Assembly: GCA_048884965.1 (NCBI GenBank)
Contig: JBHLQH010000005.1
Coordinates: 64,001 to 128,000, forward strand
Origin: Candidatus Thorarchaeota archaeon
GTDB lineage: Archaea > Asgardarchaeota > Thorarchaeia > Thorarchaeales > Thorarchaeaceae
Length of the DNA: 64,000 nucleotides
Direction: 5' to 3'
Part shown: in pieces, positions 41,362 through 48,419 of the stretch
Numbering within the stretch: position 1 is the stretch's first letter
Layout of the letters: every line of letters starts with the position of its first letter
Notes under the pieces: model-generated
What the model was told of the DNA's origin: nothing
Database searches by the model: none
The model's input: only the letters and a program-made list of their open reading frames with translations
Program-made: the position numbers and the translations under genes

Positions 41362-41642
41362 TGCAGTTACCAAAGAGTGCTGTCATAGTTCTTCGACACT
41401 TAGTGAAGAGAGGTCCGATGTGTCCTGTAGACATTTGTGAGACTGCAAGTCTAGCTCCTCGCACTGTTAGTCATGCTTTGAAACGACTGCTTGATGACCA
41501 ATTGTGCAAGAAGATTCCGAATCTTCAGGACATGAGACGCCCCCTCTACACTCCAAACTTCGATACTGCAGTTGAGATGGTATCCCGATATGGATTTGAT
41601 TCAACCATTGGGAACCAACTCAATTTCATGCTTCGAAGATAG
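41358..41642 (+). CDS. MarR/ArsR-like winged-HTH regulator
   Basis: LPKSA.IVL..L...GPM...DI.....LAPRTVSHALKRL...IPNLQDMRRPLY. Overlaps the stop of the second kinase. Confidence 0.8.
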   Translation: MMQLPKSAVIVLRHLVKRGPMCPVDICETASLAPRTVSHALKRLLDDQLCKKIPNLQDMRRPLYTPNFDTAVEMVSRYGFDSTIGNQLNFMLRR

Positions 41643-41769
41643 GATCAATTAAGGAGATCTACTGTTGAATAATGGAAAGGAGAGCAAACTGGAGTCGAAA
41701 CAGCAAATCGACAACAGACCCTCTAACCAAAATGACTCAACACCGAGTCATGAAAAGAATGAGCATGAT

Positions 41770-41817
41770 GATAGCCTTCGCTTGCGTCTTTTAGTAAGTG
41801 AGGCTATCTGATTTTTT
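41770..41817 (+). terminator. Long hairpin plus T-tract ending the RIO operon
   Basis: GATAGCCT-t-CGCTTGC...GTAAGTG-AGGCTATC with two G-U pairs, followed by tgatttttt. Confidence 0.55.
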
Positions 41818-41908
41818 ATGGATGATTCCATTACCTACAGAAGAGATTACTTCATACCTCATTTCTTTTGGACCTGTTTGGCAAATGTATATTTCAAAAT
41901 TCGTTTGG

Positions 41909-41958
41909 ACAAAAGGATATGAAAGATGACACTCGGGTCTTCCCGATGTCATCTATCC
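41909..41958 (-). terminator. Hairpin plus T-tract downstream of 42014-42496
   Basis: GATGACA-c-TCGGG-tctt-CCCGA-TGTCATC flanked by GGATA/TATCC. The minus strand continues tttt. Confidence 0.55.
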
Positions 41959-42013
41959 AGAGTGATGTCAAGGCTAAAAGGTCCTCTGCGATATTCCTCC
42001 AGGAGAAAAATAC

Positions 42014-42496
42014 CTAGGAAACCTTTCTCAGAACGACCCTTGATACACCCGGTATCTTCCTAAGGCTGTCCTCGAGCTCTTGCAGCGTTACAACAAGCTG
42101 GTCGGGAACGAAGTAGCACTCATAGAAGCATTTTTCGCCGCGTAGACATACGCCAGTTGTGAAAATGATATCACTCAACTTAGCGTCATTGAAGCTAAAG
42201 TTTAGCTGCTTGAGGAAATTGCGCGACAAGTCGCTAATTTCAATTCTGAGAAGATAGATATCATCCGATGCAACGGGGAATATTTTCATCACGCGATCTT
42301 TGTGATGCATTACGGTAAGTGCTGCTTTTTCTTTGATGTCGGCTACAAACTCCGCCGGGAACTCAACAGGCTCTCCTGGCCTGAAATGCAAAATGATTGC
42401 TGAGGTTGCACCCTCTCTGTCTGTCACCATCGCTATTAACGTCCTTTTAGTCCTTAGCGCCCATAAGGTCTGCTTTTCGATTTGTGTGTTTCTCAC
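42014..42496 (-). CDS. Hypothetical protein, possibly with a C-terminal ACT-like domain
   Basis: beta-alpha-beta pattern ending LRKIPGVSRV, plus a CLRGEKCFYEC motif. Confidence 0.6.
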   Translation of the reverse strand: MRNTQIEKQTLWALRTKRTLIAMVTDREGATSAIILHFRPGEPVEFPAEFVADIKEKAALTVMHHKDRVMKIFPVASDDIYLLRIEISDLSRNFLKQLNFSFNDAKLSDIIFTTGVCLRGEKCFYECYFVPDQLVVTLQELEDSLRKIPGVSRVVLRKVS

Positions 42497-42619
42497 TAAT
42501 TAAGTTATTCTGTGGTTAATCGATTTTGAAACACACACATCCTCCTTACTTGCTATATACTTTCTCCGTTATGAAGTCTTGCACAATGTATTTTTGCACT
42601 GTTTTTACTGTACTCATAG

Positions 42620-43345
42620 GTGTCGGGATTGGGAAATGGTCGCTTATCACAGTTCGTTGGAGTGATGCTCATCTTTGTGTCTTTTGCCATGAGCTATATT
42701 GTAGTTCAAGCTACGCTTGAAATCGGTCCTCTTAGCTTGGAACTCATCGCGTCGGGATTGATAACATGGGGTATTCTTGCTCTTCCTGAGCTAGCGATTG
42801 GACTATGGCTCCTTATTCGAGGAGGCCATCAAGCGAAGCTCAAGGATGTTTCAGGAGCGTTAATCAAGCTGGTAGGTCGTGAAGGTCGAATCAGCGTCGC
42901 TGCAGCTGCCAAGGAACTTGATGTTGATCAAGATGTCATTGTGGATGCGGCTGAAGAACTATCTCGAAAGAAACTACCTTTAGTCTACCTGGATCGGAGG
43001 AGCTCTGACGTTGTCAGTCCTCGGGCTGTTGAGCTAAAGGAGAGCATTCTCCACCTTCTCTTCGCTCAGAGAAGATTGACGTTCAAGCAGATCAGTGATG
43101 TTACTGAATCCTCAGAAGAGGAGATTATAGAGGCATTGAAAGAGCTGTCCCGAGATGGGAAGTTTCGGGGAACGATCGATGAAAACTCGAAGGTGGTTTA
43201 TACTAAGGAAGCAGTGGAGGCACTACCTAAGGCAACAACTTCTTGTCCGAATTGTGGAGGAAAGCTGAAATCTCCAATACTACCTGGAGAAGAGGAAGTA
43301 TGTCCCTACTGTGGTCATATGATTACGAATAAGCTAAGATCATGA
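42620..43345 (+). CDS. 2-TM membrane protein with two wHTH (PCI-like) domains and a C-terminal Zn ribbon
   Basis: GRISVAAAAKELDV, LTFKQIS...LKELSRDGKFRGTIDENSKVVY, CPNCGG...CPYCG. Confidence 0.75.
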   Translation: MSGLGNGRLSQFVGVMLIFVSFAMSYIVVQATLEIGPLSLELIASGLITWGILALPELAIGLWLLIRGGHQAKLKDVSGALIKLVGREGRISVAAAAKELDVDQDVIVDAAEELSRKKLPLVYLDRRSSDVVSPRAVELKESILHLLFAQRRLTFKQISDVTESSEEEIIEALKELSRDGKFRGTIDENSKVVYTKEAVEALPKATTSCPNCGGKLKSPILPGEEEVCPYCGHMITNKLRS

Positions 43346-44473
43346 ATGCCCGGAAAATATCTGCCACTCTGAAAGTACCTTGTCACCCACTACGACATAT
43401 GCTTTCCTAAACAGGTTATTGGTGAGGCATGCATGATTTGGAAGGATTCTTACTAGGTCACCAATTTTCATCTTGCTTACAATTGATTCGTGACTGAACG
43501 AAACTTTCCCATGTTCTTGAGAGAGTTCATCTATAGATGTATGCATATCGAGTTCGCTCTCTTCATAATCCCTGAATATCTTACCAAAACCGCACTTTGG
43601 TTCGATATGAGTCGGTCCCCTGTCCTTTGATAGTGCAGTAGCCCCTGCATCGATAGCGGCTCTTTCCCCATACTTGCCAACGATTCTCGCAATCACTGTA
43701 AGTGCACAGTCAGATATTCTACAAACACCTAGCTTTACCTGAGAATAATCATAGTAGACGTAGTTACCAGGACGGATTTCTGTAATCCCTGATCTAATCT
43801 CCTTAGCTAGTGCCATCGTTGGAGTTGAGCCAATACTAATAACTTCAGGATAATAGTTGTAATCATACTCTGAAAGGGTTCGGGCAAAAGATATCATAGA
43901 TTCTTGTTCTTGTTCAGCAACCCTTTCTATGCAGGATGGAGTATTGCACGAATATGAATTTCCCGCATGAGTTAGAAGACCTTTGAATTTTAGGTTCTCA
44001 GCTTCCACGACACTCCTCACAACGTCTACAGCATCGTGATTTGTTGGATCGACTCCGCATCTATGATACCCCATGTCAACTTTTACTAGAACCTCAATTT
44101 CTTGATTTGCATCTCCAGCCGCCTTACTGAATCTCTCAACCACACGATAATCATCCACAATTGCTTTCATTAACTTCTTGTCATTAAGTTCGATGAAACG
44201 CGAGAATTTTGAATCATCTATTGGCACAGCGTACGTGATATCAAAGAAACCCTTGTTTGAAAAATCCTCGGCTTCTCTCAAAGTTGAAACTGTGATTCCC
44301 TTAATTCCATATTTTTCTTGAATTCTAGCGATTTCAAGACACTTGTGAGTCTTGATATGAGGTCTCAATGATACATTGTTCGCCTTTGCCTTCTTTGCCA
44401 TTGAAACAACATTTGCCTCTAATTTTCGCTTATCTATAATTAGTGCTGGAGTTCTGATATCACTAATTTCCAT
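43340..44473 (-). CDS. PLP-dependent fold III enzyme, D-serine dehydratase/D-threonine aldolase (DSD1) family
   Basis: TPALIID, RPHIKTHKC, GYHRCGV, EIRPGNYVYYD, SQEHG, PNHAC. Confidence 0.9.
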   Translation of the reverse strand: MEISDIRTPALIIDKRKLEANVVSMAKKAKANNVSLRPHIKTHKCLEIARIQEKYGIKGITVSTLREAEDFSNKGFFDITYAVPIDDSKFSRFIELNDKKLMKAIVDDYRVVERFSKAAGDANQEIEVLVKVDMGYHRCGVDPTNHDAVDVVRSVVEAENLKFKGLLTHAGNSYSCNTPSCIERVAEQEQESMISFARTLSEYDYNYYPEVISIGSTPTMALAKEIRSGITEIRPGNYVYYDYSQVKLGVCRISDCALTVIARIVGKYGERAAIDAGATALSKDRGPTHIEPKCGFGKIFRDYEESELDMHTSIDELSQEHGKVSFSHESIVSKMKIGDLVRILPNHACLTNNLFRKAYVVVGDKVLSEWQIFSGHS

Positions 44474-44523
44474 ATTATAGTGAAAAACGAAGTACAAGAT
44501 ATAGTATTTGAATTAGAAAAAGT

Positions 44524-45657
44524 CTATTTATCTAGCACCTTTGTAACCATGAAATCGTAGTCGGTTATCCAACCATTTCTCTCATCACTAAATGCTTCAG
44601 GCCAAACATTGAAGACTTTTGAACTTGAATAATCAGCAAGAAATACCGAAACATGGTTGAGATTGGAATAAAGATTCGAGAGTAAATTCGAAAGGTGCGC
44701 TGATTGAAGTCGTAGGAACCAGAACATGTGATTTTCTACAATCCGAAGTGTTGAGAAGAATGGGAACGGATTCGTAATAAGCTGGGTACGTAGGTCGCTC
44801 AGATATTGCTTGGACCCCTCAGCTGATACAATTACCGATGTATAGACATCAAAAATGGTTGGGTCGAAATTGGTTCTGAAGCCATTGAAACAGTCCTTCT
44901 GAATCATTTTGTATCTCCTACTAAATGTCTGAGGTGTTATCTCTATACCTTTCTCGTTCAGAGATTTGATTATGTCCAAATTCTTTCGTCTTGCACCTCC
45001 CATGACCTCATTGATAATATGAACATCTTTCTTGGTTAGCCATTCCAACGCCATACAAGGTTTTCTTTCTTCTTGCTCCCGCGGATTCTTCTTAGTCTTA
45101 AACTTGAACCATTTATCCATGTTAAAGTCCCAGGTCATCTTTGCAGAATCCCATCCCTTCACGGAAAGATTACTGTATACAGAACGTGAATTATCTCTGG
45201 GCAATATGGAATATTCTGAGATTGTATTCCTTTCCTGCATAATGTTAAGCAATTCCCTAATGAGATCCACTGTGCCTATTGGTGTTCTGAATTGCATATA
45301 GAGTCCGTTATATTTACCAAAGCAACGCACAGAATATTGAGTATATGGATGTTTGTCAGCTATTTTCTCCATACTTCTCATGTTGTCGATATTTGCGGTT
45401 TCAATCATAACACCAAAGAATTCTAGTCCAATAGCTTGATTATCGATAATTGGGGCTGTCGTAAAGTACCTTCCTTCTGGATGATGCTGAGCTGTTTCAG
45501 AGGGCTGCACCCCCTCCAAGAGTTTCATCCTTTTTGCAACTGTGGGTTTAGAGATGCCTGTTCTATTCGACAGCTCGTCTATTGTTGCCAATGGCTTCTC
45601 TTGAACTGCAATGAGCAATGTCAAGATATCATCCGAGAGTTTGTTGAATGTACTCAC
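44524..45657 (-). CDS. Lrp/AsnC-like transcription regulator with a duplicated HTH-effector module
   Basis: N-terminal HTH ATIDELSNRTGISKPTVAKRMKLL and a second HTH near ITPQTFSRRY. Confidence 0.7.
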   Translation of the reverse strand: MSTFNKLSDDILTLLIAVQEKPLATIDELSNRTGISKPTVAKRMKLLEGVQPSETAQHHPEGRYFTTAPIIDNQAIGLEFFGVMIETANIDNMRSMEKIADKHPYTQYSVRCFGKYNGLYMQFRTPIGTVDLIRELLNIMQERNTISEYSILPRDNSRSVYSNLSVKGWDSAKMTWDFNMDKWFKFKTKKNPREQEERKPCMALEWLTKKDVHIINEVMGGARRKNLDIIKSLNEKGIEITPQTFSRRYKMIQKDCFNGFRTNFDPTIFDVYTSVIVSAEGSKQYLSDLRTQLITNPFPFFSTLRIVENHMFWFLRLQSAHLSNLLSNLYSNLNHVSVFLADYSSSKVFNVWPEAFSDERNGWITDYDFMVTKVLDK

Positions 45658-45663
45658 CGCCTT

Positions 45664-46155
45664 CTAATAGATCGCATCAGGAAGCTCTACAATCCATGTG
45701 TCAATCTCAGGAGGAAGTCCCGGTGCCCCCTCTGGAGGATCAAAGTCGATCTCATCAAATCCTGAGTCTAACTCCGAGGAATAGGAATATGCATATACGG
45801 AATATTTGTACCAACCTGATTCCGTTGCAGCATTGAACCAATACTGCGTCACAACACATCCTTCACTAGTGACAATTGCACATTCATAGACGTAGCTAAC
45901 TCCTGATGGTAATGTCAATGTACAGTATAGCTCAATGACATAATCAGTAAGATTATCGCTATTAGGAAGTATGATTTCATAGACAACGACAATATCGTCT
46001 TCCATACCATCATCGTCAAGATTCGCATAGTATGCTTGGTCCATTAGCACAATGATTCCGTTCCCTGCATCGGCAGATGTAGGTGCAAATGACGCAATTG
46101 AAATGAGCAATATCGCCAGTAGTAGATATTTCGCGCCCCTTGGCATCCCGTTCAC
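45664..46155 (-). CDS. Secreted acidic protein
   Basis: Signal peptide, a NLDDDGMEDD loop and a Pro-rich C-terminus. Confidence 0.65.
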   Translation of the reverse strand: MNGMPRGAKYLLLAILLISIASFAPTSADAGNGIIVLMDQAYYANLDDDGMEDDIVVVYEIILPNSDNLTDYVIELYCTLTLPSGVSYVYECAIVTSEGCVVTQYWFNAATESGWYKYSVYAYSYSSELDSGFDEIDFDPPEGAPGLPPEIDTWIVELPDAIY

Positions 46156-46160
46156 CTATT

Positions 46161-46275
46161 TGAGAGAATCAACAAGATTGTATATATCCTTTCTGAGAAT
46201 TCTCTCATGGTATTAAGGTAAACATACTTAAATAGAAATTTCGTTTTTATCTCATATTACGTTTCTAAGAAACGT
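46161..46275 (-). promoter_or_regulatory. Putative operator sites upstream of the 46155-44524 operon
   Basis: TGAGAGAAT (46161-69) and ATTCTCTCA (46199-207) flank TATATAT. The palindrome ACGTTTCT-a-AGAAACGT lies at 46259-46275. Confidence 0.4.
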
Positions 46276-46441
46276 GACGCACGCGATGTTGCCTGGATGG
46301 GGTCTATGGGGTGCAATCCGGAGATGGTTTCGGTCTATATCTCTCTAGCAGAATCATTATTGCATATAATGGAACGATAGGACTGCATGAATCCCAGAAA
46401 GGATCAGGAGCATGTTTCTTGATTGAGCTGCCACTTTAACA

Positions 46442-47875
46442 TCAGGTAATTCCTTTTTGACTCCCCTTTATCCTTCTTCGCAGCCTAAGACGAATCTCAT
46501 TCATTTTCATTGATGCCTTTGTTTTGGATGGCCAGAATTGTTGGATTTCCTGAAATCCCATCACGTCGAAGTATAAGGGACACGCACCATTGCAATAATC
46601 GAAATGCTGACATTCCCTGCACCCCTCTGAAGCGTATTCTTTCTCTCTCCAGAACAATGAGGCTCTGTTGTACCATACTTTCTTGAATCCATCAGTCAAG
46701 ATATTTCCTACTGGCTTGCTAAAACTAGAGCAAGGTAAAACTCCTCCTTCAGGATCAATAGAGATCAACCCGTCGCACGCGGCGCACATCTTAGCTCCTA
46801 GCCCATGAGCTATTGGATTGAATAGACATACAGGTGTAGGAGCATACCACACAAATTGGATTTGTTTCTTCTTTGCTCGCTTCTGAATCCGTTTCACAAT
46901 TTCCCCAATCTCAGAGAAGGTTATCTGAAGCTCGTTCCTCATCTTAGCAGCGCTGCCAGTGTAAATGACCATATTCATACTAAAATACGACAGGCCCAAG
47001 ACATCTGCGTGAAAATCAACTAGTTCTTCAAGTCTGTCAACGTTTGGACGACAGATTGTCGTGTTGCAATGAGTATAGATTTCAGTTTCCCGAAGATTCC
47101 TGATTCCCTGCACAGTTCTATCAAATGCTCCGCTAGTTCCAACAATAAAGTCATGAGTTGCAGCATCAGGTCCCTCGATGGAAACTTGTGCGCTATTGAG
47201 GTCTGCAGCAGCTAGATTCTCAACAAATTTCTTGTCACTGCAAAGCACACCATTTGTGATCAAGTTCATTCGAAGTCCTTTCTCCCTGCCATACTCAATG
47301 AGTTCAAAGATGTCCTTTCGTAGAGTAGGTTCCCCTCCTGTGAAGGATAAGCTCGGGACTTTTGCATCATTGACCAAGATATCGATGACTCTTTTCACCT
47401 CATCTGTCGACAGCTCACCTGAGTCACGATATGGAGAGAAGGCATAGCAGAATCTGCATTTGTTATTACATCGATATGTGAGCGCAATCTCACTAAGGAC
47501 TGGATATTTGATATCTCCTGTTCCAAACGGTAGTATCTTTGCTGTCTGATATGAATAGATGTTTTGATTTCCTGATACAATATTGCGTAAGTCATCGACA
47601 AATGCTGCGAGGTCATTCAGAACCTTCTGATTGTCAACCTCAAATTTAGTTGTGAGTTGCTTCACGACTCCTTCAGGAGTTTCTTCTGCCAATAGCAATT
47701 GCAACATGGTTCTTGCAGTTGCATTGAGATGCATTACTTTGTTGGGACGGAGTATGAGAAGGTTGTCCTCAGGTCGAACAAAGAAATAATCCCTTATCTC
47801 TCTCATGAACTTAGGTACCCATTTTAGATCATCAAAGGTATAATCGTAGTTCTTAGGATAATTTAAGGAGGACAT
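46442..47875 (-). CDS. RRE(PqqD)-radical SAM-SPASM peptide/protein maturase
   Basis: N-terminal RRE: RPEDNLLILRPNKVMHLNATARTML...VVKQLTTKFEVDNQKVLNDLAAFVDDL. Radical SAM core: CNNKCRFC, FTGGEPTLR, ITNG, QVSIEG. SPASM: CAAC...IDPEGGVLPC...GNI...CRECQHFDYCNGACP. Confidence 0.92.
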   Translation of the reverse strand: MSSLNYPKNYDYTFDDLKWVPKFMREIRDYFFVRPEDNLLILRPNKVMHLNATARTMLQLLLAEETPEGVVKQLTTKFEVDNQKVLNDLAAFVDDLRNIVSGNQNIYSYQTAKILPFGTGDIKYPVLSEIALTYRCNNKCRFCYAFSPYRDSGELSTDEVKRVIDILVNDAKVPSLSFTGGEPTLRKDIFELIEYGREKGLRMNLITNGVLCSDKKFVENLAAADLNSAQVSIEGPDAATHDFIVGTSGAFDRTVQGIRNLRETEIYTHCNTTICRPNVDRLEELVDFHADVLGLSYFSMNMVIYTGSAAKMRNELQITFSEIGEIVKRIQKRAKKKQIQFVWYAPTPVCLFNPIAHGLGAKMCAACDGLISIDPEGGVLPCSSFSKPVGNILTDGFKKVWYNRASLFWREKEYASEGCRECQHFDYCNGACPLYFDVMGFQEIQQFWPSKTKASMKMNEIRLRLRRRIKGSQKGIT

Positions 47876-47985
47876 TAAGCCACATCTAGAATACATAGTA
47901 ATTAAGGCTTGGTTCGATTTCAGCATCTGAAAGGCTTATCAAGCTAGATTGATGACTATTGATAACGCTTGGTGGAGAATTTAGT

Positions 47986-48384
47986 ATGAGCGCGAAGGAA
48001 ACCAAACTACCTTACGGAATCATCAAGGATAAGAAACTGATAATGCACTTTAGCGCATACGACATGGATCTTCCTGTCATTGCGGCTGGAATTCGAGAGC
48101 GTTTCGATGTTCTAAAAGAACTAGATGTTGCATTCTCAGGATTTGGAACAGAAGTCCCAGAAAAGATGACTGATCAGACCCCCGCGGTTGTAAAAGCCTT
48201 CTTTGAATATGTTGGGAAGGAGTCAGAGGCTGATGTTATCCTGAAGCGTGTCTATCATCTCATCTGGGGTGGTATGATTCAAGAATTCCCAGACCTACTT
48301 GATTGGGCGACTGCAAAGGGTGATCTATCAAGTCTAACTCATGCGCAAGCTGATATCATCAGGGCACGAAAAGGTGAGGAGTAG
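47986..48384 (+). CDS. Hypothetical cytoplasmic protein, first gene of the operon divergent from the rSAM
   Basis: 132-aa ORF after a GGAG RBS, ending 35 bp upstream of the next gene. Confidence 0.7.
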   Translation: MSAKETKLPYGIIKDKKLIMHFSAYDMDLPVIAAGIRERFDVLKELDVAFSGFGTEVPEKMTDQTPAVVKAFFEYVGKESEADVILKRVYHLIWGGMIQEFPDLLDWATAKGDLSSLTHAQADIIRARKGEE

Positions 48385-48419
48385 ATAGCTCCTATCATAT
48401 CATTGGACGAACATTGGAG

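Noticed and set aside
41665-41811. 48-codon TTG-start ORF after an AAGGAG in the RIO operon 3' region
   Set aside because: It is low complexity, and its 3' end coincides with a strong RNA hairpin that explains the sequence equally well. It remains possible but unsupported.
46280-46440. Tiny ORFs downstream of the rSAM gene (MLPGWGLWGAIRRWFRSISL on +, MLLILSGIHAVLSFHYMQ on -) as RiPP precursors
   Set aside because: They are 20 aa or less, with no RBS, no leader-like acidic region and no Cys. They are not fully excluded but have no support.
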